Of a stretch of DNA of 64,000 bases, positions 48,553 to 61,306 are shown piece by piece. The notes under the pieces were generated by a model. The model was given only the letters and a program-made list of their open reading frames with translations, made no database searches and was not told the DNA's origin. The position numbers were made by a program, and so were the translations under genes. Position 1 is the first letter of the stretch. Each line of letters begins with the position of its first letter. The DNA comes from Botryllus schlosseri (taxonomy: Eukaryota). The stretch is taken from contig CM119371.1 in NCBI GenBank assembly GCA_051294905.1, positions 10,106,001 to 10,170,000 of the forward strand, written 5' to 3'.

Positions 48553-49858
48553 CAGGGGTGGGCAAACTACGGCCCGCGGGCCGCATGCGGCCCGCAACAC
48601 CGTTCCGTGCGGCCCGCGAGAGTTTAAAGAAACTTATTGAAAATATTGATAAAATGCGTACTAAAAATCGAATTAATGCAGGAACTTGATTAAACTTGTT
48701 CTTCGTATATTTCACCATTATTATTCTAAGGCAGTGGTCCTCAAACGGGGGGCTTGGGGGCGCGAAAGCATCTGAAGTGGGGCGCGAAGCTGAGCTCAAA
48801 TGAATTTTTTTTGCGCTTCGCGCGATTGACCTCAAATTCATAACTATTGCTCTGTATTTAGTCTGAATTTCATATTTAAAAATCTCTCATCCTCAGTCGT
48901 AACCTTCTATGCCATCAAACTATCCGTTAGGTTTGCTAGCATCCCGGTTGCGTTTTGTGGTATGACGATAAGAGCGCGCGAAATCTTTCCCCATCATAGG
49001 AGTGGGGGTGCGTGTCTTAAAAAGTTTGAGAACCCCTGTTCTAAGGTAAAAACAAGTTTAATTTCTGGCGCGATATCCCGATCTCGAGGCCCACGAAGTT
49101 TGAAAGTTTAAACTGCTAAACATCACAGAAATCCTAAACGAGATTGACCTAATTCGGATCACGAGTGTGATTTCAAATTGGCCACTCCAGTTTTAATTAT
49201 TTTAGTGATGTGCTTATAACAAACGATTCGCGCGTGTCTTAGGTAGAATCGTTCTCTGTAGAATATGCGTATAATCTGGGCAGTGGTTCTCAAACTGGGG
49301 CGCGCGCTCCTTGGACGCGTTATAGCATCTGAAGGGGGGGGGGGCGAAGCAGCGGTCAACTTGAATTTTTTTCGCGCTAGGGGCGAATAAGCTCAAATTT
49401 ATGGTTATTGCTCTGTGTATAGTCCGAATTTCATATTTCTGAATCATCTCATCAACAGTCATAACCCTCCATGTCATCAAACTGTCCGTTGGGATTGCTA
49501 GCACTCTGGTTGCATTTTGCGACATGACGAAAAGGGGGCGCGAAATTTTTCAGATTTAAATTTCAATCCTGTTTTAGGAATCGGGACAACCGACTTTCAT
49601 CTCTATAGTTTTGACAAATTGGTTATTGAGGTCGACCAGCCTATAAAATCTCGCCACTATTTCTGACGCGTGTACGTTATCATCAAAGCAATATTCGGTT
49701 TGTTTTAAGTAAGCATATATATTATCTCCATGTCCTCACTATATAATCAAATACCAATATTGCGTTTTGGTTTATAATCCCAAATTTATATAATGCGGCC
49801 CGCGAACGGACTCAGATGTTGAATGCGGCCCGCGAGCTCAAAAGTTTGCCCACCCCTG
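48553..49858. mobile_element. hAT (MER5-like) element inserted in the LINE RT
   Basis: TIRs CAGGGGTGGGCAAACT...AGTTTGCCCACCCCTG. TSD ACTTATAT. Confidence 0.93.
48732..49038. mobile_element. 307-bp hAT MITE nested in 48553-49858 (second, truncated copy at 49281-49550)
   Basis: CAGTGGTCCTCAAAC...GTTTGAGAACCCCTG. TSD TTCTAAGG. Confidence 0.88.
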
Positions 49859-51279
49859 ACTTATATAGTCGTGTATGGATGAGCTTCTAAACACTATAGC
49901 CATTCAAGATAAGACGGATATAAGATTATAGTTAGGCATGTCGCTTTTGTCCCCTTTTTATATAAATTGGAACCACCCTTGCAATTTTAAATGAGTTAGG
50001 GAAGATTCCATTTTCTACACACTGCTTGAAGAAGTGGCAGATGTATGGTGTAATAGCTGATGGTATTACTTTAAGCAGCTCAACGGGTAACTTACTGTAA
50101 CCCTCTGCCTTCCCACCCTTCATATTTCTAATTATATCATGAATTTCTGGTTCATTGGCAGGTAACATGAACATGCTGTTAGCATTGCTCTGCAAGGGAG
50201 GCAAGATGCATCTGTTGTGGTAATTATTACACTTCACAGCAAGATTTGGACCAATGATGTAAAATATTTGCTTAAAGTAGATGCTATTGATGCAGGATCA
50301 GATATCACCAGCCCATTTTCATCGATAATTTGAGATGGTTTGGTTGATTTATGTGAGCAAGCATTGATAAGATTCTTTATCCCACGACACATCTGTTTTT
50401 GATTTGCGCTATGTTGATTGAAGTATTTGCGAAAGTATGATTTTTTTGCCTTGAATGTGATCTGGTTCAATTAGTTGCCAAAGTTTTATACTTGATTCGG
50501 TCCAATTCATTACCATTTGTAATCCATATATGATGAAGTTTATTTCTTTTCTTAATGGAGCGCAGAATACCTTGAGTGATCCAGGGTTTGAGATGTAACG
50601 TGCGTTGTCCACGTGTAAGGAGGTGAATAGGAATGTGTTTATTGACTAGGTCAGTGATCTGAGATAGAAAGCTCTCAAACTGAGCATCAAGATTTTCTTT
50701 GGTGAGTAGCTGTAGAGCATTTCCAGGAAAATAATCGAATGATTCAACTAAAAACGAAGTCTTGAACTCCATTATAGTTAGTCTTTTATAAATATAACTA
50801 CTTTTAAATGGCGGAGATTTAGTAACAACATCGGTCAAAATTGGATAATGGTCTGTAAGATCGTTCCGGATAACCACAAGATGAATAGGGCACGCGGTCA
50901 AGTTGGTGTATATGTGATCAAGTATAGTGTTGCAGAGTGATGACTTACTCGAGTCGGTAAAGTGATAAGAGGAGCTGTACCGTGGGAGTCCAAAATATTC
51001 AAATAATCAAGAGTTCCCGTTGTAGCAGTTAGTAAGTTGATATTCAAGTCTCCGAGGATGAAGAAAGTTTTCATCTGAGAATTTGGTAATGACAATGTGC
51101 GGCTCAGTTCCGAAGAGAAATCTGAGAAGCAGTGACTTAGATGTCTATAGATAACACCAACTATGAAAGAGGGCGAATATTCCGATAGGATGAGCGTAAT
51201 ATATGCCTAATTTAATAGCTGTTGGAGTGAATAAGACATCTGTGGCCCATCAAATTGTCAAAAAGTTCTTTAAACTCTG

Positions 51280-54200
51280 ACGGCATGACGGACGTAGAAA
51301 CTCTTAGTAATGAATGCACATATTTGATCAATGGGGAGTTTCGTGAAACATTACCTAATTCCCTGAAGTGAAACCCCGATAAGATATTTGTGATACCTAG
51401 TCATCGTGTGACATAGAGATAAGGGAAATAAATCGTACGATGTTTTTAGGAAAATAATCCCTCGTGGCTATGATATATATATATATATGCGTGTAATAAA
51501 ACGTATACATTATTCAATTTTCATGATTCGGAAGTACCGTTATGCCGCCGTACGTTGATTCAATAAATTTACAAGTCGTGGAGACAGAAACAAAATATTC
51601 GTCCATGTGATCTTCCAATACACGTGTGCTAGACAGGCTTCGTGGTACGTCAGCCAGAGCCAACCACTGGCGTGGACGCCGGTTCGTCGAAGGGAAGATA
51701 TGCGCAACGAATGCTACAAGTAACCTTCTGGAGTCAGATTACACAAGTATAACATTAACAAACATTCGCTCTGCGTTAAAAACGTGAACGCCGGTTAAAT
51801 TTGAACACAGCTTTTTTACGTATTGTTGATGTTCGAAAATGTTTGCTCTCAAATGTATGTAGACGCGCGGACCACATTTTGTAAGACCGGAAACTATCTG
51901 TGGGCAGTTCAAAATCCCGTCGCGGGCGGGATGCCGCCGCACCTGGTCCAATATAATAGATTATCCGATAAAAGCTCAAATTATCTACCTTCAAGTGATT
52001 TAGTGGAATACATCGGACAAACCTAATCCCGAAGTTCGACAAGAAGGTATGTAATGGCAATAGCAAAGTCGCTCTCAATACCTTATCTAATGTCATATTT
52101 CCTTGTACCCACTATTGCATGCCTTGAATTCTTGGATTTTACAATACGTTGATTAACCGAAGAAAAGTAGACATGGCGACGCCTGTAGGATTAGCTAATC
52201 TAAATTGTCCAATGCTTAATCGCAGTTCTTCATTACGTTGCATGGTCTAAAGTCGGACTGATGGTTGATTTGTGCGGCCGTTATATCCACACACACCGAC
52301 TCACGAAGGTCGAAGTTTTTTGCTTGTGAGGAAATATTATGCTAGCATGCGTTTGAACAAATTCACAGAGTGTAATCATGGGATTATCATGAATAATTAT
52401 TTAAGTATTTCCGGTCCAAGTGTCTCATCGGTACCACATCTCCGCTACCCTAAAATCGTTCATACAATTCCATGATGAATTTTTTTGCTGGCCAGTGTAA
52501 TAAAATCGCGACATATTCATAACACCTGAGGATGCGCCCGCATCACTCGCAACCCACTCTCATACACCACTGCACTGAGATGGCAAAAAACGCACCACTA
52601 GGCCTTTCACCAAGTTTTCTGTGTAACTTATCTGAACACAACAACAGGAAACCACCACAATATGAAATTTCGCTGAGTAAATCATACAATAGAATGAATG
52701 CCAATTCTAGGAAATCATGAAACAAATTTGGTTGATCACGCAATGAATTTGTATGTCATTCTATGAATTGTGGTGACATCAAGTCGAATGATATCGGCCA
52801 GGCATTACTATACAGAAGAACAAGTGCAAGGTTACATCTGACTACGTTACATGAATTTTGTCTTCTAGTCAGCAATAGTTAGAAAGTTAAGATTGTGCTT
52901 TTCGATTCACGTATAATAATAATTATTTATTCAGGTATAAATGTTTTCATGGTCGTTCTTATACTCATGAGTTCTCGATTTTGAACTTTGCAGCATTTCT
53001 ATCGTATTGTAGATACACATCAGGTCAGAAGTCTATTTAGTAAGTAGCAAATGTTTCAACACCGGTGGGGTTGGTACACGTGCATAGAACCAGAGTCAAA
53101 CCAGTGGTACATAGTAGGGATGGTGTGAACCCCTAAAGGTTCTGGTTTGTGTGAACACCAACCTTTTTGTAAGATTCCATATGAACGCTAACGTGAACAC
53201 GAGCCTATGACATAGTGATGATTCCAATCCTACATTTCCTTCAAGTAATATATTGATGTTACAAAGTATAAGATACGTAGCGACAACTCAGGTCACATTA
53301 TGCCACATCGCTGAAGTAGGCCTACATGCTGATTGCTGACTTTTTAAGCATCATCTAATGTGTACCAACTGGAACGATAAAATGCTATAATAATTCCATA
53401 AAATCAAACTCTTCCGTCGCCTTGCCAACAATTTCAATGAGGACTTGCAAGGTAATATAAGCTTACGCCTTAACGGTCCAGCTAGACTACACCGGCCAAT
53501 GCTTTCTTAAGGTGGCCTTAGAATATTGCTACTGATTGCTATTGCTACTGCTATTGGTTAGAGTGAAAACCGGTTTCTTTGTAGGCCTGCTCGCTACAGA
53601 TACCCCCTCATAATCAGGATACGCATTAGCCAGCACCCCAATCGGAGGGATTTGGATTTTATGATATAACATTCATATCAGGATGGATCCCATGCGTCAG
53701 TAGAGTTTTTACATGGGAAATCGATCCATACTTATATCAATTTCATTGACGTGAAAATGATTGGTTGAATACGCACAATTAGCTGACAAACTACATGCAG
53801 TCTATTTCATTCTTGATATTGCGTGATTGCGCGCGAAGAAAAAAGCTGAATATTTCGAGCAAACCTTTTTCCACAAAGCTATTAACTTTTTTTGAAATTG
53901 GCAAGGTGCATGTTCGTTAGTGCTGTGAATTTCTTTTCATGCTGCCAGTGCAATCTAGAGATTGGTCCGAAATTGAAATGCAAAGAATTTTAACCAAAGA
54001 TGTTATAATGACGTGAAAAATTGTAATGCAAAGAAAAGGTTCACAGTGCAGAACATACCAAGGTTTATTTGTGAACGCGTACCTCCAAATTTCTCAGGTT
54101 CACACACAGAACGCTAACATGAACGTAACAGTCACACCATCCCTAGTAGGCTATAAAGTTGACTTTCCACATCGCCGATACTGTTATGACGTAACCGTGA

Positions 54201-54339
54201 GTAATCTTCGAATCCTCTAATGTACTCGAAGCCAATTCAAATCACTCAAGCTCTCGATTTTTCCCAGCGCCAACTATTACCATAGTCGTAGTAATATCTA
54301 AACTCAAAGTAAAGTTTATCATCATCCCATCATAGCTAT
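51280..54339 (+). repeat. Paralogue of the 5430-10946 region upstream of methyltransferase 1
   Basis: CATGACGGACGTAGAAACTCTT at about 51286 versus about 5431, colinear to the ATG. It lacks the 7138 and 9204 insertions and the 570-bp duplication. Confidence 0.9.
53115..54145. mobile_element. hAT element (TAGGGATGGTGTG TIR) at the orthologous position upstream of methyltransferase 2
   Basis: Same TIRs and flanks as 8797-10772. Left TSD GTACATAG, right TSD eroded. Confidence 0.88.
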
Positions 54340-55263
54340 ATGTCCGCTCCATCGAAGGTTATACCCGAAGATGCCTTCAACATGGAGAATACGGCGCAAA
54401 ATTTCATTCAAAGTAGACCGCGTGCTTTGGTAGATATTCCGGTTCGGCTCATCATTGAGCGGCTCAAGCTATTAGGGAAAGTAGATCAACGGTCTGGATG
54501 CTTACTTGATGTGGGGTGTGGAAGTGACGAATCAAGCAGATTGTTGGCGAAGAACTTTCACCATACGATCGGAGTAGACCCGAGTGCACCTATGATATCG
54601 TACGCCATCGCATTCGATAATGACATTTCAGACGTTGAGTTTAAAGTTGCAAATGCGGAAAAACTGCCTATTGAAGATAGTTCTGTCGACGTGATTACAG
54701 CCATGTTTGTTCTACACTACGCCGACCTCGAGAAGTTCATTCCCGAATGCAAACGAGTGCTGAAACCAAGCGGCGTCGCAATATTTTACCGGCATCAGAT
54801 ATCAAAAATACTGCCGGCTGAAAATGACGCTCTACCCGTAATAGACGGGCCGGTAAAAGTGATGATTCGAAAGCTATTGGAAAAAGCGAGAGAAATGTCG
54901 CACCCGAGCTTCCACCAATATGAGCTATATCAAACGCAATTTGACGCAATCATCTGGGAAGAGAAAAGTAGAGAAATAAATGAGCTGGAATTTGCGCCTG
55001 ATTCCGTATGGACTCTTGGCTCATGGTCTCGCTTCTATCATAATCTTCCGTTTTATCAAAAAGCGGGTAAAAACGGCGTGAATCCACTTACTGAACTCGT
55101 GCAAGCTGTGAAAAATACCTGGTCGATGCAGGATAGGGATTCCGACGACATCAAAATTAGAGTGGTGTACACGACGGTGATGATTCTTTTGAAATGGCAA
55201 TATGTTAAAACATTCCATTGTAAATTGGGAATCTCTTGCTCATCTCAAAGTGTGAAATTGTGA
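54340..55263 (+). CDS. Class I SAM-dependent methyltransferase paralogue, 307 aa, single exon
   Basis: About 82% identical to 10947-11804 over 285 aa with no indels. Motif I reads LLDVGCGSD. The paralogue's TAG is TGG here, adding 22 residues. Confidence 0.9.
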   Translation: MSAPSKVIPEDAFNMENTAQNFIQSRPRALVDIPVRLIIERLKLLGKVDQRSGCLLDVGCGSDESSRLLAKNFHHTIGVDPSAPMISYAIAFDNDISDVEFKVANAEKLPIEDSSVDVITAMFVLHYADLEKFIPECKRVLKPSGVAIFYRHQISKILPAENDALPVIDGPVKVMIRKLLEKAREMSHPSFHQYELYQTQFDAIIWEEKSREINELEFAPDSVWTLGSWSRFYHNLPFYQKAGKNGVNPLTELVQAVKNTWSMQDRDSDDIKIRVVYTTVMILLKWQYVKTFHCKLGISCSSQSVKL

Positions 55264-55809
55264 AAATGTTGATTAAAAAGTTACGTGGAAGTGTATTGCG
55301 TGAAATGAGATGAATACCACATCAGGAAACATCATTTGTCATCAACTCATCATTCAAACTGGTGGTAAGCAACCTGTTGTCCTTCGAACGGGTACGGTTC
55401 ACAAGGAGCTCGTTACCGGCGAGGTAAAACCTCGATTACTTTATTTAAAGATCACGAGAAGCTTCAGAATTATAGTGGTCAAGATCGCCGAAAAATATTT
55501 AAATTGTCTTGAAATTAAAAAAAGTAATTAAACGGGTGTCGTTATTCGAAACATGTATATTACTTTTGACATTTTGACATGAATCCTTATAAATTGCGAT
55601 TAAAAATATAGGGCCAATGTATCTCGTACGCCTCTACTATATGCATTTGCATATTGCATTTGATGATAAAGTACAATTTGCGTGACAATATTGCGAATCG
55701 TAACTGTCGAAATTGTCGAATCGACAAAATTCACAGTAAATTTCAATTCCAGATGGTTCGTCTTCGGTCTTGGATTAATATTCTCAATAGTTTTCTTGTC
55801 TTCTCAGCA

Positions 55810-56600
55810 GCCCTATGAATCTAAGAGTAAAATCAGGAATATTAACATGGATCGCGTACTCTGATTTAATTTAGTTGAGTGAATCGGGTGAAAGTGTGAA
55901 CATAAACCGCAATCAGTGTGCATACTGACTTCGTTGGTGTTGGCAGTATCAGTCGCCGTATTGCAGGCGTTTGTGCTCGGGAAGAAAACAATATGTCGCT
56001 GTGTCACTCCTCATTTGTAATGTCGGTTTATCGTCACCACTGATTAATAGGGCGTGTTTTTTAGCAAAAAAACTCAGTGATTTTGCACTCAAAATTATTA
56101 TTTTGACGTTTTTGACATTAAAAAAAACAAGATAAATTTAAAAAAAATTGCCCTCATGTATGTAGATTAGGCGTTTTCCCACATAATGTTATAATTGTAA
56201 TACTTTACTTAATTTTTGGTGTGAACTGTCTGTCCTTACGAAGTAGCTTTGCTTGGAAAAAAGTACCAGGCTTCATTTCAATGTTTTGACAAGACTTGAG
56301 TAAAGATGAGTAATTTCATATGTTGCAAAACGCTGGATCAATTCAAATTCCGAGTAACTGAAATATGAAGAATTAGGAGAGCACAACCAGACATAGCTGA
56401 AAGTTCATGTTCAAGCCGAAGTTCTGACGGTACTGCACGGCGAGCGAATGAAGTCGTGACCGAGATAGCACGCAAAAAAAGCTTTTCTAACTTATTTTGA
56501 AACATCCACCCACTGAAATACTCTGAATCTAGTACAAATGTTGGCACTTTATCACTTCAAAACACCATCAAATTGCAATAGGATGAATTCATTGAGTTAC
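55810..56600 (-). pseudogene. Copy of the 200-1000 SLC49-like relic
   Basis: Duplicate of copy A, with the same GI*ID stop at about 56340. Confidence 0.5.
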
Positions 56601-58349
56601 CAATATATTTTAGAACAGCACAATGGGGATCTGATGTTATTGAGTTACTGTGAAAATTACTTTGTTGTTGAAGTTCTTTGTGGTATTCATGGTGTTTGTT
56701 GAGTACTATGGTCATTTACACCAGGCCGATATTTTTCATTTTTATTCCGTAATTGTCGACTTATAGCAAGACCCACTTCCAGGCTTTTTGTAAGACACCG
56801 CTTACGCGGATGAGATGACGAGGATTAACCTAGATCAGGGGTGCATGGGCAACCTGCGGCCGCAGAAGGAATTTTGTGCGGCCGTGACACGTAATGTAAT
56901 TGGTATGTGTGCGCGGCCGTCGACGGGCAAATTGAATTTTTGATAAATTGAATATTAAATAATCTTCAAATTTTCTTCGCGCTGCGCGCGATTCAATGCT
57001 ATACTTCATAGTAGTTCCCTTTGCAATCTGAGCCCCATAGCACAGACACGAACAGCTGATAAGAATGATGCGCCCCATGTAGAAATACCCACTTGGTATA
57101 GTGTGCTTACCACGAAATAGATTTTGTTTCTGGTACGTTTCTAGTGATTCCCAACCGCCGCTCTCAGAGCCACATGCGGCTCATCCGAGATAACCTTCTT
57201 GCGGCTCTGATTGACCTCTAAATATGCCACAAGAATATAATAGATAGTTGTTGATCGTTTCTATGAGTAGCTATAGAAAATTAATGTATGCGAATGCTAA
57301 AATGGGGTATATTAGTTATGTCTAAAGCCGTCCAAGGCCGTTTATGAAAACCGAGAAAGAGAATTCTGGCAGACTGTCGTCAAACGCATGGATGAATAAC
57401 CGTCAGACAACGACGTATCTTCAGTTCTGCTGGTCATAGACCTCTTTATATATCGTATCTGTGAGGAGTAAATTTCGACACAATTTTACTAACATCAAAA
57501 TAAAGACTTATAGACAAGTATAAATTGCAATAAGTTCAATATTTCTCATCGTGTTATTCCCGCAAACTTCTGCATAAAGTGCAGGAATGTTTGAAGAGCT
57601 ATCACATCACGACATAATAGTAGCCTACTCGCCAATTTGCTTGTATCAATGCTATAATAACCGATATAGAATCTATAGCAGTCCATGTGCAATATGTGCA
57701 TGCTTTTGAATTAGCTGGATGGTGAGAGCAGAGGTAGGCTAGCTACGTTTAAATTTTCGTTATAAGTAGCCTATACTCGAGTGTTTTCATGCGGCTCCAG
57801 TCGTACTCCGAAGTTTGAAATGCTGTCCCGACACCCAAAGAGGTTGGGAACCACTGGTTCAGACGATTCCAATATATTTCCGCTAAGCCTGACGACAATC
57901 TTGATGGGAGGTCAGGAAATAATAGCATTGAAGAAAGTGACCAATACCACTTAGTCCACCCATAGATGCATCATCATGTGTAAATTGCCCTAACTTTTCG
58001 AAGACACTACCTCCAATAACTCCACCAGTGGATCTGATCACATGGGCTGATAAAGGATAAATAGTTGATTGCAATATGTGAGTACACCAATAATAATGAC
58101 GAAATTCATTTGTGAATCTGAAAAAATTTTCGCGCTTTGCGCGGCCATTAGCTTTCCCGGTAATTCGTCAAAACATGGCCACTTGCGATTTCGGTATGTA
58201 TAGTAAGCCGATAAGAGAATGTAGATAAGTGTGGAGTTCAACTGAGATGGACATGGACAGTATAACATGGGTATTTGACGCCCAGTTAGTTGATTACGGC
58301 TTATGCACAGGATTGCTGCCGTAGGCTACATAAGTAATCGAGATGCCGC

Positions 58350-59338
58350 CGTTAATAGCAAAAAGGTTGCCCACCCCTGGCCTAGATAAACCTCCACACA
58401 TAGGTATAGGAATTCGGAAGTCGACCTCAGTCGGACTAACAAACCGCAACGTGTTGATGTTGCAGCCGAGGATTATACCACTGCGCTATCTCGCCACAAA
58501 GAAATTACTTTCTTCTTCAGGTATTGTACGTAGACACACACATTTATAACATTGCGGAAAATGTGTTGTTATTGGCAGCGTGACGTCATAGATTCATGTT
58601 AAAATTTCAACTCATATCGAACCTTTTAGCAAAGATCGTGTTCATCAGAACCAGAAGAACCAGAACCTTATCTCAAGTTCGCACCATGAACAAGTTCTGA
58701 TGGTCCTGCATATAGCGAGCGACTGAAGTCGTTATTGAGATAGCAAGTAAAAATAACATTTTCCAACGTTTTTTACAGCAACCGTCAAGTAAAATATCGT
58801 GGTTCTAGTTCGTATTTTGGGTACTAATTGAATAGAACTGCGACATCTTTCAGCTCTCTTTTCAGGCTGTAAGTCGATGATGGCTGCATGAAAGGATTTT
58901 TTTCGATTACTGCTGCGGGATCATCAAGCAGTTCACCATGTTCGCAAACAGGCGGCCTGCCACACACAAAGCATTTCACTAAAACGCAACAAAACAAGGA
59001 CAAAGACCCGAATGTCGAAGCGAAAATAATCCTAAATCTGCGATCTATATTTTCGGAAGTCATTGAGGGTATCGATAATTGCCTAAGCGCACTAGCCAGT
59101 CAACCGAGAAGATTGGCGATTACTTGCAGGTCGTTCATGGCTGGTTCGATTCCGAAAATCTCGACGTGATCTCGTTGCCGAATGAGAACGATCCAAAACC
59201 AAACACATCCAACACAGTCATGAAACACACTAGCTATGAAATGCCCCATCATTTCTACACGACGACGAGGTGCCTTTTCCTCTCCGACATAAACGTCTTG
59301 TCGGTTTCTGAATCACGACCACTGTCATTCGAGTTCAT
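58350..59338 (-). pseudogene. Copy of the 2720-3720 SLC49-like pseudogene
   Basis: ATG at 59338 (MNSNDSG...). Same TM2-TM5 deletion, plus additional frameshifts. Confidence 0.75.
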
Positions 59339-60478
59339 AGCACAAACTCATAGCACACACTCGACGCGATGTTTGTCACTCGGATCAGTTTCGAAGAATT
59401 TTTCGCAATGGCTAATCAATGCAGGAAACGAAATCTCGTGCAAAGCTACACCAACAATGACTTGAGCAATGAGCACGAGTAGGATAATTCGGGCCGATAC
59501 GGAAGGAAACAGAGCGAGTAGACACTATGGATATTGGATATCGATTGCTGTGAAATTGGTGAATGATAGCGTAGTGGTGAGCGTCTACTAAAATGGCCGA
59601 CGAAGACAGTTCAACATCGAAAGACTGTAACATCGGGCACTAGGCCGAGGTGGATGCTAGATTAAGAGACCACAATTTGGTCGTTTCGGCGTATTCCTAT
59701 ATGTTCATTGCATCGCATTGTGTCTTGTATATGGCATCGTGTATTGTGTGTATGTGTCTTGGGCAGATGAAAATATGATCGGGCGATAATCGATTATTAT
59801 TATTGATAATGCGACTAATATTAATAAGGGACTGCGTGAGAAGCATTAAGCTCACTGCTATACGCTATGATTGATTGATCAACCTGAAATCATGATGGCC
59901 ATGAATAATCCATTGTGGTACATATTTCTAAACAGCTATACCTAAGAATCAGTCGGATGAATCTCGGAGCACTGCTGGTTGTTTTCATTCATCCTCAACT
60001 TGGCATAGCTCATGAGCAATATCCTGGTTAATGGAATGACTGAACCAGTAGTTTCCAACCGCGTGGCAGCGACTGCTCAGAGGTTCCGCGAGGAAATGAG
60101 GTAAAGGTGGTTGTCGTCAACATAAAATTTGAAAACTGCACTTTTCCTATGGAAGTCGTAACTATAAACAACTGTGGTATTGTAAGACACAGCTCTAGAC
60201 TAACATTTTCAAGTACAACATCATAGAAACACCGAAAACCGAAACAGTGAAGAAATGCGTGCCCGGAATTTGGTAAAGGGTTTGGAAGTGATGCATCATC
60301 ACATAGATCAGGCTATGGCTAGTTTGCCATATATGGTTCTTTTGATGATAACATATGGCTCTTTGATAAGTTTCCACTTCCCATCATATTTATGAAAATT
60401 GTATTTAATAGATTTTCATAGCGGCTGACATCATTATTCTTGTGATGGATGAGACGAGTCGTCATGAAGTATGAACAG

Positions 60479-60783
60479 TAGGGTTGTTCAAAAATAACTT
60501 TTTTTTCCAAATCTCACTCGCCTAGTGACTAAATCGTCAGGTTGTCCAAGAAAACGATGCACGCCAAATTTGACTCAATTCCAACCAGTAAAGGCCGTGC
60601 AATCCTTAATTGAAATTTTTAATTTATTATTAAAAATTAAAAAAAAAAAATTCTCAAATTTTTCTGTCAACCCCATGAAATTGTTGAGCTGTCTTCAAAG
60701 ACGATGCAAAACAAATTTGAGTCAATTCCGACTAGTAGAAGCGGAACTATTTGAGTTTTTCGTTGATAATCCCCGGATCAAGG
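60479..60783. mobile_element. About 305-bp block absent from copy A, probably a DNA-transposon end fragment
   Basis: Begins TAGGGTTGTTCAAAAATAAC and has an internal direct repeat (ACGATGCA..CAAATTTGA.TCAATTCC). No second TIR or TSD. Confidence 0.45.
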
Positions 60784-61306
60784 ATATATCCTGAAGTGAG
60801 GGTTGAGGAGCTCAGAAACTCAAAATCTTGAAATTTAGGATGACAAAGATTGGCTGTTGATGATTTTTCATTATTATCAGTTCAATACTGGGGTGGACAC
60901 TGGACAACCTCTCTAGTCAGCGGGCCGGATATGGGAGAAAGAAGTACTTGGCGGTAGGGACGGTGTCAACCCGAGGTTCACGTTCGCGTTTTGTGTGTGA
61001 AACACTGGAATTTGGCGGTTCGCGTTCACAAACGAACCTTGGTAGGTTCTGCACTGTGAACCTTTTTCATGTGATACAATTTCACGTCAATATAACGTCT
61101 TTGGTTGACATTCTTGCATTTCAACTTCGGATCACTCTCCGCATGACGCTGGCAGCACGAAAAGAAATTCAGCACTACACGTGAATGCACCTTGCTGATT
61201 TCAAAAACTATTTGCTCGAAAGTTTGTTCGGAAACATTACTTGCGTATTTAGCCACTTATAGAAGGAATTTATCGTATTCAATTTAAACTTTTGGGTTAA
61301 AGCATG

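Larger units (their letters stand above)
47190..51250 (-). mobile_element. 5'-truncated CR1/L2-group LINE, decayed ORF2 (APE endonuclease + reverse transcriptase), split by a hAT
   Basis: In order: [86 protein letters not shown]. Many frameshifts. Confidence 0.93.

Noticed and set aside
55245-55263. Peroxisomal targeting signal gained by the C-terminal extension (...SVKL)
   Set aside because: VKL does not fit the canonical (S/A/C)(K/R/H)L PTS1.
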